Of a stretch of DNA of 64,000 nt, positions 40,472 through 50,683 are shown one piece after another; position 1 is the stretch's first letter; each line of letters begins with the position of its first letter. The DNA is taken from positions 480,001 through 544,000 of the forward strand of contig CBDFJG010000002.1 of the NCBI GenBank assembly GCA_965248445.1, given 5' to 3'. Origin of the DNA: Planctomycetota bacterium. GTDB taxonomy: Bacteria; Planctomycetota; JAJSAM01; JAJVHW01. The position numbers and the translations under genes are program-made. The notes under the pieces are model-generated. The model was not told where the DNA came from. It saw only the letters and a list, made by a program, of their open reading frames with translations, and searched no databases.

Positions 40472-42312
40472 AGGACGGATCTCCGGACGAGCAGTACGGC
40501 GGACAGCGCGAACATCGCGGAGCACCACACGAGTGGCACCGTCAATTGCTCAGTCGCGAGATCGAATGACGTGTTGCTCACGCCCTGTGAGAGATCCATG
40601 AAGTGACGTACGAACGAGCGGTCGCGCAGCCACGTCGGAACGTACTGGAGCGGCGAGAGTTGTTCGAGGTCCACACCCGAGAGCACTGCGCGGCCGACGT
40701 CCAGGAGCCCGAGAGCACCCAGTGCGGCCACGAGAGCCGATGTCGATCGCCGGAACACCGCGCCCGCGGCCAGTCCGATGGCTGCGCACGCGAAGACGGC
40801 AGGCAACGACGCGACCAGCGACAGCCGGAGCGGCGGCCACAACTCGCTCGCCTTCACGAGCTGGAACTTCTCTCCGTTCCAGAGCTCCTCGGTCACGTCC
40901 GTGAAGTCGAACAGAACCGCGGCCGCGGCGAATGCCGCGGCCACCAGTAGGAGGTGCGAGATGGCAGCGATGACTGCAAGCGCGAGCGCCTTGCCAGCCG
41001 CAGCATCGTGGCGTGAGAGTGGTCGCAGGAGGACGTTGCGGAGCGTGCCCCGGCCGCGCTCGCCGGCGATCTGCTGGCTCCCGAACGCGACGGCGACGAT
41101 CGCCAACACGGGCAGGCCCGCGCGCAGGGCCGTCGCCACGCCCTCGAACGCCGTCACGTCCGTCGTGGACGCGAGATCGCCGGCCGCGACCTCTGCCGCA
41201 AACCCGCGCGCGTTCGCGTAGCGGAACACGACCGCGGCCACACCGGCCACTGCGGGTGCGGCCAGCGCGAGCAGCGCTGCGCGGGACGCGCAGAGTCGCC
41301 GCATCTCGTAGCCGAACACGCGACGCACCGGGCCGGCGGGCGCGATGCGTTCGCGCGGGGCCACCGCTACCGGAGCCACGGCCCGCTGGGCGTCGCCGCT
41401 CTCACCGCGCGCAACGCGGAGATAGACGTCCTGGAGAGTCGTCTGGTGCGGCGAGAACGCGCGCGGTTGGGCGCCGCCGGCCACGAGCGCCTGCACGAGC
41501 GAGTCGGCTTCGTCGCCGGACACGTCGACCAGGAACTCGGAATCCTCCGCATCGAACGTGAGACCGCGGTCGGCGAGCACACGGGCCGCGGCAACGCGGT
41601 TCCCCGCCACGACGCGCACGCGTTCGGCCGAGAGGAGCGCCGCTGTCTCCTCCTCGACGAGCATGCGCCCTTCGCGCAGAATTCCTATGCGGTTGCAGAT
41701 ACCCGCCACTTCGTGCAACTGGTGGGAGGAGATGAGGAGCGTCACGTCCTCTTCGTCCACGAGTCGGCGGAACAGCCGACGCACGTCGTCGATCCCCTCC
41801 GGGTCAAGGCCGTTTGTGGGCTCGTCGAGCAAGATCACGCGCGGCCGCCCCAGCAGCGCCTGGGCGATCCCGAGCCGCTGGCGCATGCCCTGGGAGTAGG
41901 CGCCCGCCGGCTTGTTCCCGGCGTGCCCGAGGCCCACCTCGCCGATCACCCGCGCGCTCTCAGCGCGGGCCGCCCCGGCGGCGAGCCCCTGGAGCCGGGC
42001 CAGCATCTCGAGGTTTCGGGCGCCGGTGAGATGGTCGTGGAAGCCCGGCCGCTCGATGAGGCCCCCGAGCCTAGCCCGGGCCTCCCGCGGGTGCACGGCG
42101 ACGTCGAAGCCGTCCACGAGGACCGTCCCCGATCGAGGACGCAGCAGCCCCAACGCAACCCGCATGGCGGTGGTCTTCCCCGCCCCGTTGTGGCCGAGGA
42201 AGCCGTAGCAGTCCCCCGCGCGCACGTGCAGGGACACGCGATCCAAGGCCAACTGCTCGCCATAGCGGCAGGTGACGTCCTGGAGTCGCAGATCCGCGGA
42301 GTGTTGGGACAT
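40468..42312 (-). CDS. ABC-2 type transporter with ATPase fused to permease
   Basis: GHNGAGKTT, YSQGMRQR, LLDEPTNGLD, SSH; the C-terminal half has about 6 TM helices and ERGRGTLRNVLLRP. Confidence 0.9.
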   Translation of the reverse strand: MSQHSADLRLQDVTCRYGEQLALDRVSLHVRAGDCYGFLGHNGAGKTTAMRVALGLLRPRSGTVLVDGFDVAVHPREARARLGGLIERPGFHDHLTGARNLEMLARLQGLAAGAARAESARVIGEVGLGHAGNKPAGAYSQGMRQRLGIAQALLGRPRVILLDEPTNGLDPEGIDDVRRLFRRLVDEEDVTLLISSHQLHEVAGICNRIGILREGRMLVEEETAALLSAERVRVVAGNRVAAARVLADRGLTFDAEDSEFLVDVSGDEADSLVQALVAGGAQPRAFSPHQTTLQDVYLRVARGESGDAQRAVAPVAVAPRERIAPAGPVRRVFGYEMRRLCASRAALLALAAPAVAGVAAVVFRYANARGFAAEVAAGDLASTTDVTAFEGVATALRAGLPVLAIVAVAFGSQQIAGERGRGTLRNVLLRPLSRHDAAAGKALALAVIAAISHLLLVAAAFAAAAVLFDFTDVTEELWNGEKFQLVKASELWPPLRLSLVASLPAVFACAAIGLAAGAVFRRSTSALVAALGALGLLDVGRAVLSGVDLEQLSPLQYVPTWLRDRSFVRHFMDLSQGVSNTSFDLATEQLTVPLVWCSAMFALSAVLLVRRSVL

Positions 42313-42384
42313 GGGGATGTGGAGCCTAGCCCGCCACCGGGCACCTCTTTACTCTGGCAAGCCCCGTGCCGAGGAGCCGGGCGC

Positions 42385-42696
42385 TCAGGGCAGCCGGACG
42401 AGTCCCAGGATCAGGCTCGGATCGAGGGGTCCGAAACCGCGACTGTCCTGGCTCTCGAGAGGGTCCTCGCCGTGGAGCACGATGCGCCCGTCGGTGGTGA
42501 CTTCGGCGACGCGCTTCACGATCTCGACTCGTGCCTTGAAGGGATGCCGCGCCAGCACCACGTCCCCCACTGCTGGTGGTCGGGACGCGAACGCAGCGAG
42601 GTCGACGGTGACGACGTCGCCGTCACGAAGAAGCGGGTGCATGGAGTGCCCGCTGACGCGGTACGTGCGCTCACTCACGGAAACGGCGTGCTGCAC
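42385..42696 (-). CDS. sodX: Nickel SOD maturation protease (S26-like)
   Basis: VSGHSMHPLL, IVKRV, SQDSRGFG; directly downstream of sodN. Confidence 0.88.
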   Translation of the reverse strand: MQHAVSVSERTYRVSGHSMHPLLRDGDVVTVDLAAFASRPPAVGDVVLARHPFKARVEIVKRVAEVTTDGRIVLHGEDPLESQDSRGFGPLDPSLILGLVRLP

Positions 42697-42704
42697 CAGC
42701 GTCG

Positions 42705-43154
42705 CTAGGACGCCGTGTACCAGGCGATGTCGCGGCCCTTGATGCCCCAGAAGATCTCGTGGATCTGCTGGATGGCGTCCATCAGCTCCTGGCAGTGCGT
42801 CGGGGAGACCTCGACCTTGACGGCGGAGCAGAGCTTCGCGGCCTTCCAGAAGATGTCGTGGATGTTCGGGTGCGCGTCGAGGTGCGCCGGCTTGAAGAAG
42901 TCGGTCCACAGCACGAGCAGCTCGGACTTGCATAGGTGCGCCTGCTCTTCCTTGACGCCGATGAAGCGCGAGAGCGTGTTCTGGTACGCGACCGTCGCTG
43001 CGTGATCAGAGGCCGCGGGCACCTCGAGAGCGAGCATCTTCTTCGTCATCGAGACGACCGCCTCGGCGGCGATGCGCGCCGACGCTGGGTCGTACACGCC
43101 GCACGGCGCGTCACAGTGGGCCTCGGCCACGGGCAGGTTGTTGGTCTCGCTCAT
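42705..43154 (-). CDS. sodN: Nickel superoxide dismutase
   Basis: 12-aa leader then the Ni-hook HCDAPCGVYDP; LWTDFFK. Confidence 0.96.
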   Translation of the reverse strand: MSETNNLPVAEAHCDAPCGVYDPASARIAAEAVVSMTKKMLALEVPAASDHAATVAYQNTLSRFIGVKEEQAHLCKSELLVLWTDFFKPAHLDAHPNIHDIFWKAAKLCSAVKVEVSPTHCQELMDAIQQIHEIFWGIKGRDIAWYTAS

Positions 43155-43251
43155 CGGGGCTCCTCGCGTGTCGGCCAGTCGGCCGTTGGAACGGTGTTCG
43201 GTGTGTCCGGGCACGCCCGCCCGGGGACAGGAACGCTACGCGAACCGAAGC

Positions 43252-43836
43252 TCAGTTCCACGACGGATCGGGCGGTTCGTCGGCCAGCGCTGCGAAGTCG
43301 CCGCCGAGCTTGCGCAGGATGCGGCGCCAGAGCGAGTCCGGCCGCCGGTCGAAGACCAGATCCTCACTCGACGGCGTAACCACCCACGCGCCCTCGCGCA
43401 GCTCCTCGTCGAGCTGTTCCGGACCCCATCCGGCGTACCCGAGCACGAAGCGCACCAGCTCGCGGCCCTCGCTGCGCTGTTCGAGGGCGGCGCGGATCAC
43501 GGCGGAATCGCCGCCGAGGTGCACGTCGTCCACCACGTGCAGCGAGTCGGGCACGGAACTCCCGAGTCGGTGCAGCACCTGGACCGTGTCGGTCGAGACC
43601 GGCCCGCCCAGCCACAGGCGATCCGCACGGTCCTCCAGCAGGTCGTTCTGCGACGAGAGATCGGCCACGGTCAGCCCGGCGGCCCGGTTCACGATGACGC
43701 CGTAGCTACCCTCCGGGCCGTGGTCGCAGAGCAGGACGACCGCGTGCATGAAGTTCGGATCGAGCAGGCGTGGCGCGGCCACCAGGAAGGTGCCCCTATC
43801 CGGCCGGACAGGCCGGAAGTCCTGATCGCTCGTCAC
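43252..43836 (-). CDS. YqgE/AlgH family protein
   Basis: LLDPNFMHAVV, GGPV, GYAGWGPEQLDEE. Confidence 0.92.
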   Translation of the reverse strand: MTSDQDFRPVRPDRGTFLVAAPRLLDPNFMHAVVLLCDHGPEGSYGVIVNRAAGLTVADLSSQNDLLEDRADRLWLGGPVSTDTVQVLHRLGSSVPDSLHVVDDVHLGGDSAVIRAALEQRSEGRELVRFVLGYAGWGPEQLDEELREGAWVVTPSSEDLVFDRRPDSLWRRILRKLGGDFAALADEPPDPSWN

Positions 43837-43896
43837 GACGCCCCTCCTCTCGGACCTCCCTGCGGGTCCACGCAGCCCCCAAGATACCCTCGCGGG

Positions 43897-45222
43897 ATGG
43901 GTGAGCGAGTGACCTGCGACCTGATCGTTCGGGGGGATGTCGTCCTCCCGATGACCGACGGCGCCCCGGCACTCGCCGATCACGCCCTCGCGATCCGGGA
44001 CGGCAGCATCCTCGCGCTCGGCCCGGCCGGCGAGATCGCGCAGACCCACGCAGCTGAGGACGAGATCGCCGGCGGGATCGTCCTGCCGGGTCTGGTCAAC
44101 ACCCACGGCCACGCCGGTATGACGCTCTATCGGGGACTCGGCGACGACCTGCCGCTCGAGCGGTGGCTGCACGAGTTCGTCTGGCCCGCGGAGAAGGAGT
44201 TCACGACGCCCGAGACCGTGGCGCTCGGCACGCGGCTGGCCGTGGCTGAGATGCTGGCGTCGGGGACGACGACGTTCGCGGACATGTACTTCCACCAGGC
44301 CGCGGCCGGCGCGGTGTGCGAGGCGACCGGCATCCGTGCGCTGCTCGGGCAGGCGGTGATCGGATTTCCGACTCCGGACGCCCCCGACACCGGCACGTCG
44401 TTCCGGCGGTGCGAGGAACTGGTCGAGCGGTACGCCGGACACGAACGCATCCGCGTGTCGATGGCGCTGCACGCGGTCTACACGCTCACGCCGGAGCAGT
44501 TGACGCTCGGAGCCGAGCACGCGGAGCGCATGGGGATCCCGCTTCAGATCCACTGCAGCGAAACCCGGCACGAGGTAGCGGACTGCGAGAAAGCGCACGG
44601 CCGCACGCCGCCGGCGCTGCTGGCGGACACCGGAGTCCTGCGGCGGGGCACCATCTGCGCGCACGGCGTCCACCTGACCGAGGAGGACGTCGCGTTGTTC
44701 GAACAGAGTGGCGCCGGTGTCTCGCTCAATCCCGAGAGCAACCTGAAGCTCGGCAGCGGCATCCCCGACATAGCACGTCTCGCAGCGGCTGACATCCCTC
44801 TCGGACTCGGGACGGACGGCGCGGCCAGCAACAACGACCTCGACCTATGGGACGCAGTTCGGCTCGCAGCGCTGCTACCGAAGGGCACCGACGAGGATCC
44901 CGAGGCGATCCCCGCCGTCGAGGCGGTTCGGATGGCGACCCGCGGTGGCGCGGAACTCCTCGGATGGCAGGACCGGATCGGCACGCTCGAGCCGGGCAAG
45001 GCAGCCGACCTCTGCGTGCTGGACACCGCGGCGGCACACCTGACGCCGCTCTATCACCCCCACTCTCACCTCGCGTACTCCGTGCGCGGGAGCGACGTCG
45101 TCCACACGGTCGTCGAGGGGCAGGTGCTCTACCGGGATCGGCGCCACACCACTCTCGATCTGTCGGCGCTGCTGGCCGAGGTCGCCGCGCTGGCCCGCAA
45201 GATCGCCGCGCACCACGGCTGA
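43897..45222 (+). CDS. Amidohydrolase (MtaD/SAH-MTA deaminase-like)
   Basis: PGLVNTHGH, EMLASGTTTFADMY, HCSET, AHGVHL, GTDGAASNN. Confidence 0.88.
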   Translation: MGERVTCDLIVRGDVVLPMTDGAPALADHALAIRDGSILALGPAGEIAQTHAAEDEIAGGIVLPGLVNTHGHAGMTLYRGLGDDLPLERWLHEFVWPAEKEFTTPETVALGTRLAVAEMLASGTTTFADMYFHQAAAGAVCEATGIRALLGQAVIGFPTPDAPDTGTSFRRCEELVERYAGHERIRVSMALHAVYTLTPEQLTLGAEHAERMGIPLQIHCSETRHEVADCEKAHGRTPPALLADTGVLRRGTICAHGVHLTEEDVALFEQSGAGVSLNPESNLKLGSGIPDIARLAAADIPLGLGTDGAASNNDLDLWDAVRLAALLPKGTDEDPEAIPAVEAVRMATRGGAELLGWQDRIGTLEPGKAADLCVLDTAAAHLTPLYHPHSHLAYSVRGSDVVHTVVEGQVLYRDRRHTTLDLSALLAEVAALARKIAAHHG

Positions 45223-45309
45223 GCGGGCGGAACTGACGTCCCGCACCCCGGTCGCGTCTATTCTGCGCGGTCCGCGGCCCATCCGGCGCGTTGGAGAGAG
45301 GGAGACACG

Positions 45310-47880
45310 ATGTCTGAGACGCATGAGACCCGCGCTTGCCGCGGCCACCACAGGGGCGACTTCACCCTTCCGGGCGCTGAGCCCCACTATCCCCCGGACC
45401 TCGTTCTCGAGCCGGTGCACCTGGACATCGACTACCACGTCGATCTCGCGAAGCGGACCGTCGACGGTACGGTGACACACACCGTGCGGGCTCGGCGGGA
45501 CGGCGCGCGCACCATCGTGCTGCACGCGGTCGACTTCCAGGACGTACGCGTGCAGGACGGCGACGGAGCGGATGTCACCCAGCGCTACGACGGCAAGGAG
45601 ATCCGCGTCACGTGGCAGAAGCCGTTCGACGAGGGCGAGGAACGCCGCCTGGCTGTCTCGATCCGGCTGGACAACCCGCAGACGGGTCTCTTCTTCTCGA
45701 GTCCCAGCGAGACGTTCCCGGACCACGCCTGGTACGCGGCGACCGACAACGAGACCGAGCGCGCGCGCCACTGGCTGCCGACGATCGACCTCCCCGCCGT
45801 GCGGCCGACACTGACCTGGCACCTGCGCGCCGAGGAGCGCTTCACGATCCTTGCCGGCGGTTCGTTCGAGCGCGAGGAGGTTCACGGCGACGGCACCAAG
45901 ACCTCGCACTGGCGTCTGGACCAGCCGTGTCCGAGCTATCTCACCTGCTTCACGATCGGCGAGTTCGTGCGTCACGAGCAGGGTGAGTTTGGCGGCCGAC
46001 CGGTGGCGTCGTTCACGACGAATCGGTTTACCGAAGCCGACCTCGAGCGCGCCTTCGGGCGCACCGGCGAGATGCTTGCGTGGATGGAGAAGAAGCTCGG
46101 GCATTCGTTCCCCTACCCGAAGTACTACCAGTTCGCGCTGCCGGGCTTCGGGGGTGCGATGGAGAACATCTCCCTCGTCGCGTGGGACGACCAGTTCGTG
46201 CTGGACGAGCAACTCGCCCACGAGTGGACCTGGCTGGTGGACCAGATCAACGTCCACGAGATGGCGCACAGCTACTTCGGCGACATGATCACGTGCCGCG
46301 ACTTCGCGCACGCGTGGCTGAAAGAGAGCTGGGCCACGTACATGGAGACGCTCTGGCTCGAGGACTCCAAGAGCTACGACGAGATGCAGTACGACGTGTT
46401 CAGCAACATCGAGCGCTACTGCACCGAGGCCGACGAACGCTACAAGCGTCCGATCGTCACGCGCGAGTTCAACCACTCGTGGCAGATGTACGACGGCCAC
46501 CTCTACCCGGGCGGCGCGTCGCGACTGCACATGCTGCGGAAGGAACTCGGCGACGAGACGTTCTTCGACGGTGTGCGCACGTATGTGTCGCGCTTCGCGT
46601 TCAAGACTGTCGAGACGTCGGACTTCCGCCGCACCCTCGAGGAAGTCAGCGGCAGATCGCTCGTCCGCTGGTTCGACCAGTGGATCCACGGCAAGGGGTA
46701 TCCCAAGGTCAAGGCGTCGTTCAAGTTCGACGCCGAGAAGAAGGAAGCCGCATTCGAGCTCGAACAGACGCAGCCGGACAAGAAGACGGGCAAGCCGCTG
46801 TTCGATCTCTCGCTCGATCTTGCGTGGACGTGCGAGGGCGCGTCCTGCATGAAGACGGTCAAGCTCGAGAAGGCGAAGCAGACGTTCATCGTGGCCATGG
46901 ACAAGGAGCCCGAAGTCGTGCGCGTGGATCCCGAGTGCCGCGTCGTCATGCGACTCGAGTTCGACCCGGGCGAGAAGAAGCTCCTGGCGCAGCTCACGGG
47001 CGCCGCTGATCCGTACGGCCGCATCCTCGCTGCACGCACGCTGCTCGACGGCGGCAAGCAGCGGCGCGTCGACAAGGTGCTCGACGCATACCGCAACGAG
47101 TCGTTCTGGGGCGTGCGCGTACGCATGGCCGAGGCGCTGTCGAAGGCCGCCACAGACGCAGCACTCGAGGGTCTCGCCACACTGATCGGCGAGGAACAGG
47201 ACGGGATGGTGCTCGAGAGCCTGATCCGCACGGCCGGCAAGCACCGCCACGACGGTGTGCGCGACGCGATCGTGCGCCGCCTGGACGCGGGCATCGACCT
47301 CTACCGGGCTCGCTTCGGTGCGTTCAACGCGCTCGGCCGCCAAAGGGAGCGCGCTCCCTTCGACCGCTTCGTCGCACAATCGGCAGAGCCCGGCGATCCC
47401 TACGGCTACGCGCAGCGCGGCGCGCTGGAGGGCGCCGCCGCGTCACGTGACGAGCGTGCAGTCGAGGTCATCGACGCCCGCACCGCCCCAGGGTCGTGCA
47501 CCCGCGGCGTCCGGCCCACCGCCGTACGCGAGTTGGGCACCGCGGGGCGCTGGCTCGAACGCCATCGCCGTCCCGCGGTGCGCGAGCGGCTCGAAGAACT
47601 CCTACGTGACCCGGTGGACCGTGTGCGCGACGCCGCGGTATCCGGACTGGCGCGGCTCCGCGATCCGGCCGCGATCCCCGCGCTGACCTCGTACCGCGGC
47701 GGTGTCTCCGAGCAAGAGCGCCCGGACGTGGATCGCGCGATCGCCGGATTGCGCAAGTCCGCTGAGCCCACCGAGAAGGCGAAGGACAAGGCGATGGACG
47801 ACTTGCGCGCACGCCTCCGCAAGCTCGAGTCCGTGGTGGACGGACTGGCGACCCGCGTCGATCCGCCGAAGGACGCGTAA
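45310..47880 (+). CDS. M1 family aminopeptidase with C-terminal HEAT repeats
   Basis: GAMEN, HEMAH-x18-E (WLKE); HEAT-like tail and terminal coiled coil. Confidence 0.93.
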   Translation: MSETHETRACRGHHRGDFTLPGAEPHYPPDLVLEPVHLDIDYHVDLAKRTVDGTVTHTVRARRDGARTIVLHAVDFQDVRVQDGDGADVTQRYDGKEIRVTWQKPFDEGEERRLAVSIRLDNPQTGLFFSSPSETFPDHAWYAATDNETERARHWLPTIDLPAVRPTLTWHLRAEERFTILAGGSFEREEVHGDGTKTSHWRLDQPCPSYLTCFTIGEFVRHEQGEFGGRPVASFTTNRFTEADLERAFGRTGEMLAWMEKKLGHSFPYPKYYQFALPGFGGAMENISLVAWDDQFVLDEQLAHEWTWLVDQINVHEMAHSYFGDMITCRDFAHAWLKESWATYMETLWLEDSKSYDEMQYDVFSNIERYCTEADERYKRPIVTREFNHSWQMYDGHLYPGGASRLHMLRKELGDETFFDGVRTYVSRFAFKTVETSDFRRTLEEVSGRSLVRWFDQWIHGKGYPKVKASFKFDAEKKEAAFELEQTQPDKKTGKPLFDLSLDLAWTCEGASCMKTVKLEKAKQTFIVAMDKEPEVVRVDPECRVVMRLEFDPGEKKLLAQLTGAADPYGRILAARTLLDGGKQRRVDKVLDAYRNESFWGVRVRMAEALSKAATDAALEGLATLIGEEQDGMVLESLIRTAGKHRHDGVRDAIVRRLDAGIDLYRARFGAFNALGRQRERAPFDRFVAQSAEPGDPYGYAQRGALEGAAASRDERAVEVIDARTAPGSCTRGVRPTAVRELGTAGRWLERHRRPAVRERLEELLRDPVDRVRDAAVSGLARLRDPAAIPALTSYRGGVSEQERPDVDRAIAGLRKSAEPTEKAKDKAMDDLRARLRKLESVVDGLATRVDPPKDA

Positions 47881-48007
47881 GACCGCCACGCAAAGCGCCC
47901 CCGCAACCCCCTGACGCGGAGGCGTCGAGACGCGCGTGCGAAGGACCGTCGGGCGTCGAGATTCAGGACACGCCGCCCGGGGACACAACACATCGAGTCA
48001 CCGCGCG

Positions 48008-48490
48008 TCAGTCCGGCGACCGCTCCATCTCGAGGTGCGTCGGCGTGGACCCCACCACCTCAAAGCCGAGCTGGTCGTAGAGGGCGCGCGCGCCGGCGTT
48101 GTCGATCTCGACGCTCAGGCGCACGGGGACGCCCGCCGCGACCGCATCGCTCAGCCGATCCATGAGCCAGCGCCGCCCCAGGCCGCGGTTGCGGCTCTCG
48201 GGAGAGATCACGATGTCCACGATCCGATGCTCTTCGTCTGAGCGATCGACGATGCTTGCGCCGACGTCCCGGCCGTCGTGCTGCAGGATCCGATGGTCCG
48301 CATCCGGAGACTGCTCGCGATAGGACATGCGCTGACCCGCCCATCGCCCGCGCACGAGGGTCTCCACCATCGCGGTCGGGAGACCGGACGCTGCGAGCGC
48401 GGCGCCACGCGTGGCGGCGAACAGCTCGAACAGGAAGTCCTCGTCCTCGGGTTCGGTCGGCCGTGTCTCGACGCGCTCTTCACTCACCAT
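48008..48490 (-). CDS. GNAT family N-acetyltransferase
   Basis: RNRGLG, NAGARALYDQLGF; SD GGAGG. Confidence 0.88.
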   Translation of the reverse strand: MVSEERVETRPTEPEDEDFLFELFAATRGAALAASGLPTAMVETLVRGRWAGQRMSYREQSPDADHRILQHDGRDVGASIVDRSDEEHRIVDIVISPESRNRGLGRRWLMDRLSDAVAAGVPVRLSVEIDNAGARALYDQLGFEVVGSTPTHLEMERSPD

Positions 48491-48578
48491 CGACCCTCCC
48501 GCCTGCAGACCGGGGAGAGTACCCGCGCGAGCGCGGCGTTGATACGCTCCGGCGGGAAGCGAGGCGAGGGAACGGACG

Positions 48579-48778
48579 ATGGCAAGCGAACGCGGTGTGC
48601 TGGTGGCCAAGACGATCCTCTCGGACCTCGACCGTGAGGGTCACTTCAAGACTGCGGAGATGCTGCGTCTGTATCTGGTCGGCCACGACCTCCCCGGGAC
48701 GCTGAAGCACGAGGAGACCACGCCGGTAGCCTCGGCGATCCTCGCGAGGAGATGGCCAAGGTCGCTGCCGTCCCTTGA
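48579..48778 (+). pseudogene. Possible degraded small gene
   Basis: MASERGVLVAKTILSDLDREGHFK... has gene-like codons for about 48 aa, after which codon-like periodicity moves to another frame (EEMAKVAAVP*). Confidence 0.3.
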
Positions 48779-48808
48779 TCGGACGAACCCGCGGTTCCGA
48801 GACCGTAC

Positions 48809-50563
48809 TCAGCGCGGCATGTCGGGCACTTCGGTGCCCTTCTTCTCGGCGCGCCAGCGCTGGACCAGCCACACGCAGTGGGAGCCGAAGTCCTCGTTGA
48901 ACTTGTCCCACTTGACCCTGCCGAAAGCCGTCAGAAACGCCTCGGCGTGTGGAACGCCGTCGCAGAGTTCGCGGAAGTAGCGCATCAGCTTCTTCTGGTG
49001 GCGGCGCTTCTGGCCGTCCACCAGGAAGTGCACCAGCGCCCAGCTCGCGGTGTAGTTCTCGACCGGTGAGTTCAGACGCTTGCCGGAGTAACGCGGGTCG
49101 TGCTTGGGGACCCCGCCCATGAACACCTGCGCCGTGCGCTGCATGAGTTCTTCGGTGCGCGGCAGCCGGCCGTTCTGGAGCATGCGTTCAAGGATGCCGA
49201 TGCGCCAGCTGTTCGTCTGGCCGACGTCCACGGTCTTGCCGCTCTTGCGCAGCGTGCTCGCGCCGAAGTACTCGGCCTGGCCCTCGTTGAACCAGTGCGG
49301 CGCACCGGCGACGTAGTAGTCGATGTACTGGTGGAACGCCTCGTGCCACGCAACGAGCTGCGTGTCCTCGAACTTCTTGTTCTTGAAGAAGACGAGGTGT
49401 TTGACCAGCGGGACGTAAACGCCGCCGGTCTGTTTCGCCATCAGCGGGTTGCGCAGCACCCGGGTGAACCAGCCGACGTAGCCCTTGCGGTCCTTGAACA
49501 CCAGCACCGGGAACTTGAGGCCCTTGCCGCGAGTCTTGCTCTTGCCCGTTTTCGAGAAGCTGTACTGCCGCTCGTACTCTTTGTGGATCAGCTCGAGGCG
49601 TGAGGCCAACAACTCCGCGTAATCCTGCGTGACGTCGGTGCGCACGACGTAGTGCTCGGTCTCCGCCACGAACTCGGTCTCGAAGCCGGGCCCCTTGACG
49701 ATGCCGGCGATGACCGGGCGCAGGTCGTTGCCCTCGACGAGCGTCGAGTCGGCCCACTTCTCGAAGGCCTCCTCCATCGAGGCGGGCTTCTCCTCCGCTT
49801 CCTGCACCCTCCTCGCGAGCTCGGCGCGGGTCGCGACTCTGCCCTCCTCCGGCGGCAGTTCGAGAAGCCGGTCGAGGCCGTCCAGGCAGCCCTGGAAGTC
49901 GAGCTCGATCAGGTCGAGGTACGCCTCTCTGAACAGAGCGTCCTTGCACGCCGGGTCGAGTGCGATCGCCTGCTCGACGTACTCGCGTGCGTCGCCCAGG
50001 CGGCGCAGGTGGTAGCACGCCTCCCCCGCCCCGTTGACGGCCCACGCGTGCGTCGCGTCCATCTTGGCGGCGTCGCGGAAGCGGCCGAGCGCCTGCAGGT
50101 ACTCGTGGTCCTCGATCAGGTCCTTCCCGCGGCTGACGAGTTCCTCGACCTCGGCGAGGCGGAGCGTGGCGATGGCGCGCTGGACGCCGGGGACGCCGCC
50201 CGCGATCTCCTTGTCAGCGCGCAGGGCGGCGGCGAGCAGTTCCTCGGCGGGGACGCGCAACTCGTGGTCGGCGGCGTAGCGCGCCAGGCCGAGGAATTCG
50301 ATCGCCGCGTCCTGCGGCGTGACGGAGCGGCGGGCGGCCACGAAGGACGCCGGCGTCAGGTCGTCCCAGAGGATGCGGAGTTCCCCGCCCCCGGTACGGC
50401 GCAGGCTGAAGGCCTCGCCGTCGTGAGACACCACCGTGCCCACGAACTCCCCGCCTGAGCGCATCTCGAGATGCAGCTCCCTCGGAGCCGCGGCCGCCCG
50501 GCCGCCGAGGAGAATCGACAGGCAGACCGCCAGGAGGGTGAGTGATCTGAGTGGGCGCAGCAT
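48809..50563 (-). CDS. Secreted TPR + DUF1570-like zinc metallopeptidase domain protein
   Basis: Signal peptide, TPR region, HEAFHQY...PHWFNEGQAEYF, YTASWALVHFL. Confidence 0.82.
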   Translation of the reverse strand: MLRPLRSLTLLAVCLSILLGGRAAAAPRELHLEMRSGGEFVGTVVSHDGEAFSLRRTGGGELRILWDDLTPASFVAARRSVTPQDAAIEFLGLARYAADHELRVPAEELLAAALRADKEIAGGVPGVQRAIATLRLAEVEELVSRGKDLIEDHEYLQALGRFRDAAKMDATHAWAVNGAGEACYHLRRLGDAREYVEQAIALDPACKDALFREAYLDLIELDFQGCLDGLDRLLELPPEEGRVATRAELARRVQEAEEKPASMEEAFEKWADSTLVEGNDLRPVIAGIVKGPGFETEFVAETEHYVVRTDVTQDYAELLASRLELIHKEYERQYSFSKTGKSKTRGKGLKFPVLVFKDRKGYVGWFTRVLRNPLMAKQTGGVYVPLVKHLVFFKNKKFEDTQLVAWHEAFHQYIDYYVAGAPHWFNEGQAEYFGASTLRKSGKTVDVGQTNSWRIGILERMLQNGRLPRTEELMQRTAQVFMGGVPKHDPRYSGKRLNSPVENYTASWALVHFLVDGQKRRHQKKLMRYFRELCDGVPHAEAFLTAFGRVKWDKFNEDFGSHCVWLVQRWRAEKKGTEVPDMPR

Positions 50564-50683
50564 CCCCCTGCATGGTAGCGGGCCGCGCTTTCCTCCTCGC
50601 TTCAAGCGGGACGCCGAGACAATGTGGGGCCGCGCTCCTTCCGAGGCAGATCGAGAGCGTCGGGAGCGTCACGAGAGGAAGAC

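Noticed and set aside
43072..43896. Long N-terminal extensions in the ORF track (amidohydrolase, YqgE, TolC, sodX)
   Set aside because: They overlap real neighbouring genes; the true starts are downstream, so these are not fusions.
50564..50683. Glycine riboswitch upstream of gcvT (or of gcvP, 55186-55413)
   Set aside because: No GGAGA...CCGAAG...CTCTCAGG core recognisable; the gcvT spacer is too short for a tandem aptamer.
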